Positions 29,952 to 41,506 of a stretch of DNA of 64,000 nt are shown here, one piece after another. Each line of letters begins with the position of its first letter. Position 1 is the stretch's first letter. Under the pieces are notes generated by a model that was given only the letters and a program-made list of their open reading frames with translations, searched no databases and was not told where the DNA came from. Source of the DNA: Deltaproteobacteria bacterium (lineage in GTDB: Bacteria; Desulfobacterota; Syntrophia; Syntrophales; UBA6807); NCBI GenBank assembly GCA_016935565.1, contig JAFGQS010000018.1, positions 341 to 64,340 on the forward strand, given 5' to 3'. A program made the translations under genes and the position numbers.

Positions 29952-31100
29952 ATGCAATTTTTATACGAACAGGGTCCCATTCGACCCCCCAGTGAGGCGA
30001 AAAGTCTGTTAGTTCGAGTTACACGAAATTGTCCGTGGAATAAATGTGCCTTCTGTCATACGTATCGTGGTACGAAGTTTCAGATACGGAAGGTGGAAGA
30101 TGTCAAGAAGGATATAAAGACAGCACGAGAGATTGCCGATACAATCAGGGAAATATCGTGGAAAATGGGCCAGAGTGGTGAAATAAATGAATATGTGGTT
30201 AATCATATTTACCACGATGGGGAATCGTTCGATGATAGTTACAGAAGTGTTGCCGCCTGGCTTTATTTCGGTGGTACATCTGTCTTCCTTCAGGATGCAG
30301 ACACAATAATCATGAAAACAGCCGATCTGGTTGATGTGATTTCGTTTGTCAAAGATCAATTTCCCGCTGTTGATAGGATTACTTCGTATTGCCGTTCAAA
30401 GACGGCATGTCGAAAATCTGTCGAAGAATTTAAAAAGTTAAAAGAAGCCGGCCTTTCGCGAATCCATATCGGACTTGAAAGCGGTTACGATCCACTCTTG
30501 AAGTTTATTGACAAGGGTGTTACCGCCGAGGAACATGTGAAAGGAGGCCGAAACATCGTTGAGTCGGGAATTTCTCTTTCCGAATATGTTATTCCTGGTC
30601 TCGGTGGTGAAAAGTGGTCAAAAGAACATGCCGAAGAAACGGCAAAGGTTCTCAATCGAATAAATCCCGATTACATTCGTCTGAGATCTCTCCAAGTAAG
30701 ATACAATACCGAACTCTATAAAATGAGGGAAGAGGGAATATTTACAAAGTTGAGTGATGAAGACGTGGTGAAAGAGATTCAATTGTTTATCAAAAATCTC
30801 GATGGTATTCAAAGCAGGGTTATAAGCGATCATATACTGAATCTATTAGAAGAACTGGAGGGAAAACTTCCCGAGGATAAAGAGAAACTCCTTGGAATAA
30901 TTGACAGATACTTTGAATTGCCCGAGGGTGATAGAATTATATACCGATTAGGGAGGAGAAAAGGAATCTACCGGTGTCTCGACGATCTTTCAGATATGAG
31001 GGTTTATCACATGCTCAAGACGATAGTCGATGAGTATAAGAAAAAAGGTGTGGGAGCACTGGATAGAGATTTGAATAGAATTATGCACAGATTTATTTGA
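29952..31100 (+). CDS. radical SAM protein with a CX4CX2C cluster motif
   Basis: RNCPWNKCAFCHTY near the N-terminus, after GPIRPPSEAKSLLVRVT. TIM-barrel-like core (IHIGLESG). 382 aa. Subfamily not recognised. Confidence 0.8.
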   Translation: MQFLYEQGPIRPPSEAKSLLVRVTRNCPWNKCAFCHTYRGTKFQIRKVEDVKKDIKTAREIADTIREISWKMGQSGEINEYVVNHIYHDGESFDDSYRSVAAWLYFGGTSVFLQDADTIIMKTADLVDVISFVKDQFPAVDRITSYCRSKTACRKSVEEFKKLKEAGLSRIHIGLESGYDPLLKFIDKGVTAEEHVKGGRNIVESGISLSEYVIPGLGGEKWSKEHAEETAKVLNRINPDYIRLRSLQVRYNTELYKMREEGIFTKLSDEDVVKEIQLFIKNLDGIQSRVISDHILNLLEELEGKLPEDKEKLLGIIDRYFELPEGDRIIYRLGRRKGIYRCLDDLSDMRVYHMLKTIVDEYKKKGVGALDRDLNRIMHRFI

Positions 31101-31101
31101 T

Positions 31102-31227
31102 CAGTGAGTTGTGCCGAATCCAAAGCGGGACATCATAAGAAATATTTATCAATAGTTTATACCTCCCTTCGGCAGGTAAGCGTTTCGTCCCCTTTTACAA
31201 AACGTGGTATTCATGTTACTAATTTCA
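31102..31227 (-). repeat. copy B of the ~126-nt repeated element (core 31141-31227), inverted relative to copy A
   Basis: Starts 1 nt after the radical SAM stop codon. See copy A for the alignment. Confidence 0.8.
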
Positions 31228-31548
31228 GGAGATTTTTAATGAGCAAGGTGAAATATTTCATAAAAAAAGCATGAAGTTCTTCATAGGTGCTGTACCGGAT
31301 TATAGTATATAAATTATCAAAACTTTTTATTATGTTATCTTTCACCAAGGTTCATCGTCGAGAAAAAAGAGATTAAGAATTCTATAAAAATGACGAATAA
31401 ATAATCATATTGTAACGACGGACCAATGGCGATTCAAGAGACATTTTAATTATTCTTGACTTTTAGGATATTTATGGTAATTTTACGCTTCATTAGGGGA
31501 ATATTTTATAGCAGCTAACGTTGGTGTTTAGGGCTGAAAGGGTCAAAT

Positions 31549-32454
31549 ATGGCAAGAGATTACTATACACTCCTCTTTATTCCGCAGAAGAAGGAAGCAA
31601 TACGAAAAATCAAATTGTCAGGCGCTCTTCTAAAATTTAGTTGCATTGTGATTTTGTTGAGCGTTGTGTCGATCCTGTATTTTTCATTCGATTACATAAA
31701 AATAAGGGGTGATGCAGAGGAGCTTTCAAAACTGAAACATCTTACGACAATTCAAAAAGAACAGATCGATTTGTTGGCAGCAAAAATAGACAGTTTTGAA
31801 AAGAAGATGGCCGATATAAAGCAATTCGATCAGAAAATTAGAATCATGACAAACATTGAAAATGGTCGTGATGGCGGTCAATTTCTCGGAATGGGCGGGC
31901 CGGTTCCCGAGGAGAGTGTTGTCGAATCTCATTTTGCTGAAACGGAGAGAGCCCTCATTGATAATATACACAAAAATATGGACCAACTCCTCGAGGATGC
32001 CAATTACCAGGAAGACAGTTTCAAGGAATTATATGAGTTTCTTAAAAAACAAAAATCCATACTTGCCTCCACACCTTCTATATGGCCTGTTATGGGATGG
32101 GTAACGTCGGAATTTGGATACAGAATATCTCCCTTTACCGGGAAAAGAGAGTTCCACAGAGGAATGGATGTGGCAACGAAGATGGGTGAAGATATTGTTT
32201 CACCGGCGGATGGTATTGTCGTTAAACTAACGAAAAAACCAGATATGGGTAATATGCTACAAATCGATCACGGTAACGGTATATCGACTTATTATGGCCA
32301 TCTTTCAAAGATTACGGTTAAAGATGGTGTCAGGGTTAAAAGAGGGCAGGTAATCGGACAGGTTGGAAATTCCGGTCGGAGCACGGGCCCTCACCTCCAT
32401 TATGGCGTTCGGTTGAATGGTGTTTATGTAAATCCGAGGAAATATCTTTTCTAA
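31549..32454 (+). CDS. membrane-anchored coiled-coil M23 peptidase (EnvC/LytM-like)
   Basis: N-terminal TM helix, coiled-coil region, and an M23 core (HRGMDVA .. GPHLHYGVRLNG). Confidence 0.85.
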   Translation: MARDYYTLLFIPQKKEAIRKIKLSGALLKFSCIVILLSVVSILYFSFDYIKIRGDAEELSKLKHLTTIQKEQIDLLAAKIDSFEKKMADIKQFDQKIRIMTNIENGRDGGQFLGMGGPVPEESVVESHFAETERALIDNIHKNMDQLLEDANYQEDSFKELYEFLKKQKSILASTPSIWPVMGWVTSEFGYRISPFTGKREFHRGMDVATKMGEDIVSPADGIVVKLTKKPDMGNMLQIDHGNGISTYYGHLSKITVKDGVRVKRGQVIGQVGNSGRSTGPHLHYGVRLNGVYVNPRKYLF

Positions 32455-32553
32455 TGTTATTTTGCCAGCGCGTTCGTTGTTTGAATAAAAATCGAAAAAG
32501 TTATTTTAAGAAATTCCCGGTAAAAAACTTACCGGGTTTTTTATGAGGCCGTT

Positions 32554-35079
32554 ATGTTTCAGTATCTTATTAAAAAAGTAGTCGGAAGTAAGAACGAGAG
32601 AGAACTAAAGCGATTATCCCGCATTCTTGAAGAGATAAACGGTCTCGAGCCCACCATGACGGCTCTCAGTGATTCTGAACTCAGCGCAAAGACATCATAT
32701 TTTAGGGAGCTTCTTTCAGATGGGGCCGAGCTTGATGATATTCTGCCGGAAACGTTTGCCGTTGTCAGAGAGACGGCCAGAAGAACGGTTGATATGAGGC
32801 CCTTTGATGTTCAGGTAATCGGGGGCATGGTTCTTCATGAAGGAAAAATTGCCGAGATGAAGACCGGCGAAGGAAAAACATTGGCTGCGACAATGCCCGT
32901 CTATCTCAATGCATTGAGTGGTTATGGCGTCCATATCGTCACTGTCAACGACTATCTGGCGAGAAGAGATGCCGAGTGGATGGGGCCGATCTATAAATTT
33001 TTGGGAATGTCCGTGGGAGTCATTACTCACGGGTTGGATGATGAAGAAAGAAAAGCTGCGTACAACTGTGATATTACCTATGGTACGAACAATGAATTCG
33101 GATTCGACTATCTCAGAGACAATATGAAATTTCGTATTGAGGATTATGTACAGAGGGAATTTAATTATGCAATCGTTGACGAGGTTGACAGTATCCTCAT
33201 TGATGAGGCTAGGACGCCTCTCATAATATCAGGTCCTTCTGAAGAGTCAACGGATAAGTACTACCGGATAAATCAAATCATCCCACGGTTGAAAAAAGAT
33301 GATGATTACACGATTGACGAAAAGAGCAGATCTGTAGTTCTTACGGAGAACGGTGTTGCAAAGTCAGAAAAATTGCTCAAGGTCGACAACCTGTATGAAC
33401 CGAAGAACATGGAGATCCTGCATCATGTTAATCAGGGATTGAAAGCTCACACACTGTTTAAAAAGGATGTTGATTACCTGGTTAAGGATGGACAGGTTAT
33501 CATTGTTGATGAGTTTACCGGAAGAATCATGCCGGGACGGCGATACAGTGACGGCCTGCATCAGGCTCTCGAGGCAAAAGAAAGGGTAAAAATAGAAAGA
33601 GAGAATCAGACGCTGGCTTCCATTACGTTTCAGAATTATTTCAGAATGTACCAAAAATTAGCGGGCATGACCGGTACGGCTGACACGGAGGCTGCCGAAT
33701 TTAAAAACATTTATAATCTCGATGTTGTGGTAGTTCCAACAAATATGCCGATGATTCGAGTTGATAATTCTGATGTCATATATAAAACGGCAAAAGAAAA
33801 GTACGATGCTATCATTGAAGAGATCAAAGAACTGTATAGAGAGAAGAGACCTGTATTGGTTGGTACCATATCGATTGAAAACTCAGAGCTGTTGAGTAAA
33901 TATCTGAAAAAGGCGGGAATCAAACATAATGTTTTAAATGCGAAAAACCATGAGAAAGAGGCTGAAATTGTCATGCAGGCGGGGCAACCGGGTACAATAA
34001 CCATATCAACCAATATGGCCGGAAGGGGTACGGACATTAAACTGGGAGAAGGAATTGCCGAACTCGGAGGACTTCATATACTTGGTACGGAGCGTCATGA
34101 AAGCCGTCGTATCGATAACCAGCTCCGGGGACGCTCAGGAAGGCAGGGTGATAAAGGATCCTCCCGGTTCTTTCTTTCCCTGGAAGATGATCTGCTTCGC
34201 ATATTCGGGTCCGAGAGAATTTCATCAATCATGGACAAGCTCGGTATGGAAGAAGGTCAGCCGATTGAACATAACCTCATCAGTAAAGCAATTGAAAATG
34301 CTCAGAAGAAGGTGGAAGGTCAGAATTTTGAAATTCGAAAGCATCTTCTGGAATATGATGATGTCATGAATCAACAAAGGGAGGTTATTTATAAACAGCG
34401 GAAAGATGTTCTCAGTGGAAAGGATCTCTGGCAAACTGTTGAAGATATGATGGAAGATGTTGTCGAAGAAATTATCGCAGAATATGCGGACGAAAATCTC
34501 CGGCCGGAAGAGTGGAATATTAAGGGACTTGACGATTTTGTCTATAAGGAATTCAATCTCAAGCCGAACTTCAGTGACTTTGCACAAAAAAATGGAATCG
34601 ATACCGAATATATCTATGAAACAATAACCACCGGTGTCAAAGAGCTTCTTCATGAAAAAGAAAATAGATTCGGTAAACCACTTATGGAGCAGGTGATGAG
34701 AATCGTTATGCTTCAGTCAATTGATATGCACTGGAAGGATCATCTGCTTGCCATGGATCATTTGAGAGAAGGCATTGGTTTACGGGGATATGGCCAGAAA
34801 GATCCGAAAAGAGAGTATCAAAAAGAAGGTTACGATATGTTTGTGGATATGGTTTACCGGATCAAAGAGGATACTCTGGAAAAACTATGCTGGGTTCAGG
34901 TCCAGATGGAGGAGGACATTGAACAGGTTCAAAAGACACAGGAGGAAAATTACATCATGAGCCGCGGAGATACAGGTGCAATGCCGGAGACCGTAAAGAG
35001 AGAAGGAACGAAAGTAGGCAGAAATGCTCCGTGTCCCTGTGGAAGTGGTAAAAAATATAAGAAATGCTGTGGGAAATAG
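32554..35079 (+). CDS. secA: preprotein translocase ATPase SecA
   Basis: 841 aa. Motifs [39 protein letters not shown]-terminal zinc motif [14 protein letters not shown]. Confidence 0.97.
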   Translation: MFQYLIKKVVGSKNERELKRLSRILEEINGLEPTMTALSDSELSAKTSYFRELLSDGAELDDILPETFAVVRETARRTVDMRPFDVQVIGGMVLHEGKIAEMKTGEGKTLAATMPVYLNALSGYGVHIVTVNDYLARRDAEWMGPIYKFLGMSVGVITHGLDDEERKAAYNCDITYGTNNEFGFDYLRDNMKFRIEDYVQREFNYAIVDEVDSILIDEARTPLIISGPSEESTDKYYRINQIIPRLKKDDDYTIDEKSRSVVLTENGVAKSEKLLKVDNLYEPKNMEILHHVNQGLKAHTLFKKDVDYLVKDGQVIIVDEFTGRIMPGRRYSDGLHQALEAKERVKIERENQTLASITFQNYFRMYQKLAGMTGTADTEAAEFKNIYNLDVVVVPTNMPMIRVDNSDVIYKTAKEKYDAIIEEIKELYREKRPVLVGTISIENSELLSKYLKKAGIKHNVLNAKNHEKEAEIVMQAGQPGTITISTNMAGRGTDIKLGEGIAELGGLHILGTERHESRRIDNQLRGRSGRQGDKGSSRFFLSLEDDLLRIFGSERISSIMDKLGMEEGQPIEHNLISKAIENAQKKVEGQNFEIRKHLLEYDDVMNQQREVIYKQRKDVLSGKDLWQTVEDMMEDVVEEIIAEYADENLRPEEWNIKGLDDFVYKEFNLKPNFSDFAQKNGIDTEYIYETITTGVKELLHEKENRFGKPLMEQVMRIVMLQSIDMHWKDHLLAMDHLREGIGLRGYGQKDPKREYQKEGYDMFVDMVYRIKEDTLEKLCWVQVQMEEDIEQVQKTQEENYIMSRGDTGAMPETVKREGTKVGRNAPCPCGSGKKYKKCCGK

Positions 35080-35104
35080 CAGCGAGAGCTGCTCGAATTA
35101 AGGA

Positions 35105-35132
35105 GTCAGAAGTCAGATGTCAGTGATCTGCG
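35105..35132. repeat. heptamer array GTCAGAA GTCAGAT GTCAGTG ATCTGCG
   Basis: Read directly, 26 nt downstream of the secA stop. Confidence 0.6.
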
Positions 35133-35277
35133 ATATAAGTAATGCGGTATGTTATAAATCAAACCTGTATCCCAGATTTCAAATCGCATATCTTATACCG
35201 ATAGATTCTTTTAAACTTTGGCATTACGCAATCTGTTTACTCAATGTACGGGTTTTTGTTAAATGAGGGAGTTATAC

Positions 35278-36474
35278 ATGACTGGCAATAACACAATGAA
35301 GATTTCCGGTTTCCTTGCCAACGGTATTGCCGTCGGTATTAAGGAGAATGGTCAGAGAGACCTATCGTTAATATATTCAAAAGTTCCGGCTACGGCGGCT
35401 GCGGTTTTTACAACGAATCGCTTTAAGGCGGCACCGGTAATCCTCGATATGGAACGGATACCAGGGGGACGTGCTCAGGCAATCATAGCCAATAGTGGTA
35501 ATGCCAACGCATCAACAGGAAAAGGCGGTTATGACGATGCCGTAGCTGTGTCAAAGGCCGTCTCTGACAGACTGAGCATAAGGGAAGATCTCATTTTGGT
35601 AGCATCGACCGGTATTATCGGCGAAAAACTTCCTGTTAATAAGATTGTCGGAGGGATGAAGGATCTTGTCGACGGATTAAGTGAGAACGGAATTCCACTT
35701 GCTGAAGAAGGAATTATGACAACCGATAAATTTCCTAAGATTGAATATCGAACATGTTTTGTCGGTGACAAAGAAATCAGTATTTGCGGAATTGCGAAAG
35801 GTGCGGGAATGATAGAGCCCGACATGGCCACTATGCTTTCATTTATCATGACCGATGCAAATATTGATAACAGGTGCCTGCGTACCGTTTTCAGGCGGGG
35901 GGTAAAGAGAAGTTACAATGCCATCAGCGTTGATGGTTGTATGAGCACAAATGACACGGTTATAATCCTGGCAAATGGTGTTGCCGGCAACAAGATTCTG
36001 AAGGACCGGTCAAGAGGGCTCACTGCTTTTGAGAATGCACTTGTTGAGGTAATGACAGGGTTGGCCAAATCTATTATCAGAGATGGAGAGGGGGCGACTA
36101 AGCTCATTGAAATTTTTATAGATGAAGCGCGATCTTATGGTGAAGCACGGAAGGTTGCATACAGCATAGCGAATTCCAATCTTGTTAAAACTGCTTTTTT
36201 TGGTGAAGATCCGAATTGGGGGAGAATTATAGCGGCGATCGGGTCGTCGGGGATACCGGTATCATCAGACGCGGTAGAACTTTATTTCGATGGGGTTCCC
36301 CTCTTTCTTGGTGGCGCGGGAATAAAAAGGGATAAAAAAGATGTATCTGCCATTATGAGTAAAGATACTATTCAGGTAGCGGTCAAGCTGGGTATGGGAA
36401 CTGAATCGTTTCGATTATATACATCTGACCTTTCTCATGAATATGTGACGATCAATGCACATTATCATACATGA
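35278..36474 (+). CDS. argJ: bifunctional ornithine acetyltransferase / N-acetylglutamate synthase
   Basis: ATG 35278 after GAGGGAG. Autoprocessing site PDMATMLSFIMTDA. Ends ..YVTINAHYHT. Confidence 0.93.
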   Translation: MTGNNTMKISGFLANGIAVGIKENGQRDLSLIYSKVPATAAAVFTTNRFKAAPVILDMERIPGGRAQAIIANSGNANASTGKGGYDDAVAVSKAVSDRLSIREDLILVASTGIIGEKLPVNKIVGGMKDLVDGLSENGIPLAEEGIMTTDKFPKIEYRTCFVGDKEISICGIAKGAGMIEPDMATMLSFIMTDANIDNRCLRTVFRRGVKRSYNAISVDGCMSTNDTVIILANGVAGNKILKDRSRGLTAFENALVEVMTGLAKSIIRDGEGATKLIEIFIDEARSYGEARKVAYSIANSNLVKTAFFGEDPNWGRIIAAIGSSGIPVSSDAVELYFDGVPLFLGGAGIKRDKKDVSAIMSKDTIQVAVKLGMGTESFRLYTSDLSHEYVTINAHYHT

Positions 36475-36502
36475 TCAGCTATCAGCAGACAGCTTTCAGC
36501 TA
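36475..36502. repeat. heptamer array TCAGCTA TCAGCAG ACAGCTT TCAGCTA
   Basis: Begins on the first nucleotide after the argJ TGA stop (36472-36474). Confidence 0.7.
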
Positions 36503-36591
36503 TTAATAAAACAATACAGTAGCCGGATGGTCGAACGAATAATTCATATACATTCAATCTTTATACAGAGAAAAACTCCTAAAACCGATTA

Positions 36592-36619
36592 CTGATGGCT
36601 GACGGCTGAAAGCTTGATA
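36592..36619. repeat. inverse-orientation heptamer array CTGATGG CTGACGG CTGAAAG CTTGATA
   Basis: Complement-type units 90 nt downstream of 36475-36502. GCTGAAAGCT is exactly complementary to AGCTTTCAGC in the first array. Confidence 0.65.
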
Positions 36620-36850
36620 TCTCATTTTCCTTGATTATTTGTTCCGTATATGGTATGTGCCCACAGTTTAAGGTTTAATTGGCAAATGGTACCATAATCA
36701 GATATTTATCGTGTATAACACACATCCTCTGATTGCGGCGGTGTTGCTCTTTAAACCGGAATGCCTCAAATGAAGTGAGTGCATATACGGAGGAGAGTTC
36801 CGCAGCAAACAGACGAGGGTGGAGGAAAAAAACAACAAAAGGAGTAGTTT

Positions 36851-37693
36851 ATGGCACATGTTTCAATGAAAATGTTACTTGAAGCAGGAGTACACTTCGG
36901 ACATCAAACAAATAAGTGGAACCCGAAAATGAAACCATACATTTTCGGAGCCCGTAACGGAATTTATATTGTTGACCTTCAGCAGACGGTGGAGATGTTT
37001 GAAGTTGCTTATGATTTTATTATTGATGTTATAGCATCCGGAAAAGAAGTCTTATTCGTCGGTACCAAGAGGCAGGCTCAAGAATCCATTAAGACTGAAT
37101 CGGAACGATGCAATATGCCCTATGTCAATCAAAGATGGCTGGGGGGTATGCTTACCAATTTCAATACGATAAAGAAAAGTATCGACAAGCTCAACGAACT
37201 CGACAAGATGTTTGAAGATGAAAGTATTAACGCTTTTCCGAAAAAAGAAATTCTTGGAATACAGAAAGAACGAGACAAACTTGAAAAAGTTCTTGGCGGA
37301 ATCAGGGGTATGAAAGACTTGCCCGGAGTGGTTTTTGTTGTTGATCCGAAAAGAGAACTTATTGCAATCAAGGAAGCAAATAAATTAAATATTCCTATCG
37401 TTGCTATCGTGGATACAAATTGTGATCCTGATGATATAGACTTTATTATTCCCGGGAACGATGATGCCATACGGGCAATAAAATTGTTTTCTTCAAAAAT
37501 CGCCGATGCCGTTATCGAAGGAAAAGATCGTTTTGAGGAAATAATTCAAGCACAAAGTGACAAGGAGGAAATTGTAACAGCGGCTGAAGAAGAATCGGAG
37601 GAAGATGTTCCGGAAAGCATTGAAACAAAGGATGAGAGTTATGATACAAACGGAACTTCCGAAAGTGAAACGAATATTGAGGAGGAGGAATAA
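36851..37693 (+). CDS. rpsB: 30S ribosomal protein S2 (with an acidic C-terminal extension)
   Basis: [20 protein letters not shown], and [12 protein letters not shown]. About 45 extra Glu/Ser-rich C-terminal residues. Confidence 0.97.
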   Translation: MAHVSMKMLLEAGVHFGHQTNKWNPKMKPYIFGARNGIYIVDLQQTVEMFEVAYDFIIDVIASGKEVLFVGTKRQAQESIKTESERCNMPYVNQRWLGGMLTNFNTIKKSIDKLNELDKMFEDESINAFPKKEILGIQKERDKLEKVLGGIRGMKDLPGVVFVVDPKRELIAIKEANKLNIPIVAIVDTNCDPDDIDFIIPGNDDAIRAIKLFSSKIADAVIEGKDRFEEIIQAQSDKEEIVTAAEEESEEDVPESIETKDESYDTNGTSESETNIEEEE

Positions 37694-37695
37694 CG

Positions 37696-38295
37696 TTGGA
37701 TATTTCAGCATCAATGGTAAAAGAATTACGAATCAAGACAAACGCCGGTATGATGGATTGTAAAGAGGCCCTTCAGGCATCTGGCGGTGATTTCGAAAAA
37801 GCTGTGGAATACTTGAGAAAAAAAGGAATGTCGGCAGCAACGAAGCGGTCGTCGAAGGCGGCAAAAGACGGTGTTGTCGCATCATATATCCATATGCAGG
37901 GTAGGATCGGAGTAATGGTTGAAGTCAATTGCGAAACCGATTTCGTTGCCAGAACGGATGATTTCCAGACAATGGCACGGGATATAGCCATGCATATCGC
38001 AGCTTCTAATCCCCTCTATGTGAGATCAGAGGATGTTCCCGAGTCTGTATTGGAAAGAGAAAAAGGAATCTATCAAGAGCAGGCTCAGGCAGAAGGGAAA
38101 CCGGAAAAGATCTGGGATCGGATTGTTCAGGGTAAACTTAAAAAATACTATGAAGAGGTATGTCTCTTAAATCAGAAATTTGTAAAAGATATGGATATTA
38201 CTGTCGAGACTCTGGTCAATAATATGATCGCAAAGACAGGCGAAAATATTATGGTAAGACGATTTGCCCGATTCCAGTTGGGCGAAGACATATAA
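37696..38295 (+). CDS. tsf: elongation factor Ts (short form)
   Basis: TTG start 2 nt after the rpsB stop. VKELRIKTNAGMMDCKEAL UBA-like N-terminus. 199 aa. Confidence 0.94.
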   Translation: MDISASMVKELRIKTNAGMMDCKEALQASGGDFEKAVEYLRKKGMSAATKRSSKAAKDGVVASYIHMQGRIGVMVEVNCETDFVARTDDFQTMARDIAMHIAASNPLYVRSEDVPESVLEREKGIYQEQAQAEGKPEKIWDRIVQGKLKKYYEEVCLLNQKFVKDMDITVETLVNNMIAKTGENIMVRRFARFQLGEDI

Positions 38296-38311
38296 ACCCG
38301 GGCGCAAATGA

Positions 38312-39660
<1,349 letters not shown>

Positions 39661-39694
39661 TAACGTCCCGTGTTTGCAGATATAAATTATTATA

Positions 39695-39722
39695 GGGGAG
39701 CCTCTCGGTTCCCCTTTTATTT
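39695..39722 (+). terminator. rho-independent terminator after frr
   Basis: GGGGAGCC-tctc-GGTTCCCC (8-bp stem including one G.U pair) followed by TTTTATTT. Confidence 0.75.
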
Positions 39723-39853
39723 CAATCTTGATAGTGCGGTTGATGCCGATTACATCATGCGGATACAAGAAAGATGCCTTGAAAATGAATGCGTGCTATG
39801 ATACGTAAACTGTCAAAAATATAAGTTTTTATGCAGATCAAGCGTGGATAACG

Positions 39854-40585
39854 ATGAAAAGACTTAACAAAGCCAAACTTCCCAGGCACATAGCCATTAT
39901 TATGGATGGTAATGGAAGATGGGCACGGAAGCACTCCTTGAAGAGAATAGCGGGACACAAAAAGGGTGCAGAGGCGGTTCGAAAAGTCGTGAAAACATCA
40001 GGAGAAATCGGCATTCAATATCTTACACTGTATGCTTTTTCTGTCGAAAACTGGCGCCGACCGGAAGACGAAATCAATGCTCTCATGTCGCTGCTCGAGG
40101 AATTTCTTGTTTCAGAACTTCGGGAAATGCTTGACACTGATATTCGATTGAGGACAATCGGTGATATTACGAAATTGCCCGAACAAACAAGAAAGATCCT
40201 TCTCAATACCATTGAACAGACATCTCATAATAGTGGCATGACACTGAACCTTGCCCTCAGTTATGGCGGGCGGGACGAGATGGTCGAGGCTGTTAAAAAA
40301 ATTATTCTGGACAAAGAGTCCGGCAGGATCAGGAGCGAAGAGATAACAAAAGAACTATTTTCAGAGTATTTATATACGGCGGACATACCTGACCCGGACC
40401 TGCTCATCAGGACGAGTGGAGAATATCGTTTGAGTAATTTTCTTTTGTGGCAATCCGCTTATACGGAATTATGTTTTATTGATATTTTGTGGCCTGATTT
40501 CACCGGAGAATATCTCATTGATATTATTGCCGATTATCAAAACAGGGAACGAAGATTTGGCATGATCAGTGACCAGTTGCCATGA
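39854..40585 (+). CDS. uppS: undecaprenyl diphosphate synthase
   Basis: HIAIIMDGNGRWA, LTLYAFSVENWRRP, and C-terminal ERRFG. Confidence 0.95.
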   Translation: MKRLNKAKLPRHIAIIMDGNGRWARKHSLKRIAGHKKGAEAVRKVVKTSGEIGIQYLTLYAFSVENWRRPEDEINALMSLLEEFLVSELREMLDTDIRLRTIGDITKLPEQTRKILLNTIEQTSHNSGMTLNLALSYGGRDEMVEAVKKIILDKESGRIRSEEITKELFSEYLYTADIPDPDLLIRTSGEYRLSNFLLWQSAYTELCFIDILWPDFTGEYLIDIIADYQNRERRFGMISDQLP

Positions 40586-40699
40586 AACGTCAATCGTGTA
40601 TTGTAATTTGTAATTCGCATTTTTTATTTGCGATCCACCATATCCGAACCACGATCCACCGGTTTTCGGATTATGAAATATGAAAATGAAAACATTGCT

Positions 40700-41506
40700 A
40701 TGAGTAGTCACATAAAGAGATGGATTACAGCTATTGTCATTGTTCCGGCCCTTTTTGCAGCGATCATATATGGATCGGAACTTGTCTTTGCGATTATCGT
40801 CATGGTACTCACTCTGGGTGGCATTGTTGAATATAATGCCATGGTTTTTCAGAAAGGGGCTCTCTGGGAAAAAAATGAGGGAATTATCATTGGATTTCTC
40901 ATCCCTGTGGCGGCATTTATCGGTACTATACAGCTTATGTTTGCGATGACTACCTTTGCTGTTATTATAATATTTTTGCTTTTTCTGTTCAGACTGAAAG
41001 ACAATCCGACCGATATGACCGGTCTTATCAAGGTGGTATTCGGATTGATTTACATACCCGTCATGATTTCACACATTATACTGACGCGACACTTTGACAA
41101 TGGTATACTATGGGTCTTTTTCATCATTGTTCTTGCTTTTTCGGGCGATGTCTCTGCTTATTATGTGGGAAAGTCGATGGGCAGGAGAAAACTAATGCCA
41201 TCCGTCAGTGCAGGAAAAACAGTAGAGGGGACCCTTGGATTAATTGGTGGGAGCATCATAGGGTGCGTCATATTTACATTGATATTTTTCCGGGAACTTT
41301 CTCTTATTCATACAATAGTGTTGGGATTCTTGGGAAGTATTCTCGGGCAACTGGGTGATCTCTGCGAATCGTCAATTAAAAGAACCTTTCAGGTTAAAGA
41401 TTCCGGTTTTTTATTCCCGGGCCATGGAGGAGTACTTGACAGACTGGATTCACTTATTTTTATTATTCCCTTTGTGTATTATTATAATATATTTGTGATT
41501 CAATGA
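40700..41506 (+). CDS. cdsA: phosphatidate cytidylyltransferase
   Basis: Multi-TM. C-terminal signature SSIKRTFQVKDSGFLFPGHGGVLDRLDS. Start uncertain (ATG 40673 or 40700). Confidence 0.88.
   Translation: MSSHIKRWITAIVIVPALFAAIIYGSELVFAIIVMVLTLGGIVEYNAMVFQKGALWEKNEGIIIGFLIPVAAFIGTIQLMFAMTTFAVIIIFLLFLFRLKDNPTDMTGLIKVVFGLIYIPVMISHIILTRHFDNGILWVFFIIVLAFSGDVSAYYVGKSMGRRKLMPSVSAGKTVEGTLGLIGGSIIGCVIFTLIFFRELSLIHTIVLGFLGSILGQLGDLCESSIKRTFQVKDSGFLFPGHGGVLDRLDSLIFIIPFVYYYNIFVIQ

Noticed and set aside
22564-31227. Interpreting the inverted-repeat-flanked 8.5-kb block as a composite transposon or genomic island
   Set aside because: There is no transposase, integrase or recombinase inside or adjacent. 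The content is housekeeping (pcm, nlpD, gpmI). The repeats are only ~75-85% identical. I kept it as a repeat/inversion-substrate finding only.
35116-35265. 49-codon ORF (MSVICDISNAV...) after secA with an AGGAG 11 nt upstream
   Set aside because: The RBS spacing is poor. The start lies inside the heptamer array, and the sequence is hydrophobic and low-information with no support.
37555-37693. Acidic Glu/Ser-rich C-terminal extension of ribosomal protein S2
   Set aside because: Lineage-specific tails on S2 are common. It is noted in the feature evidence but is not a distinct finding.
40673-40693. ATGAAAT ATGAAAA TGAAAAC heptamer-like run before cdsA, with TTGTAAT TTGTAAT at ~40604-40617
   Set aside because: It has only 2-3 A/T-rich units, overlaps alternative cdsA start codons, and is easily produced by chance. 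I do not count it in the TCAGCNN family.
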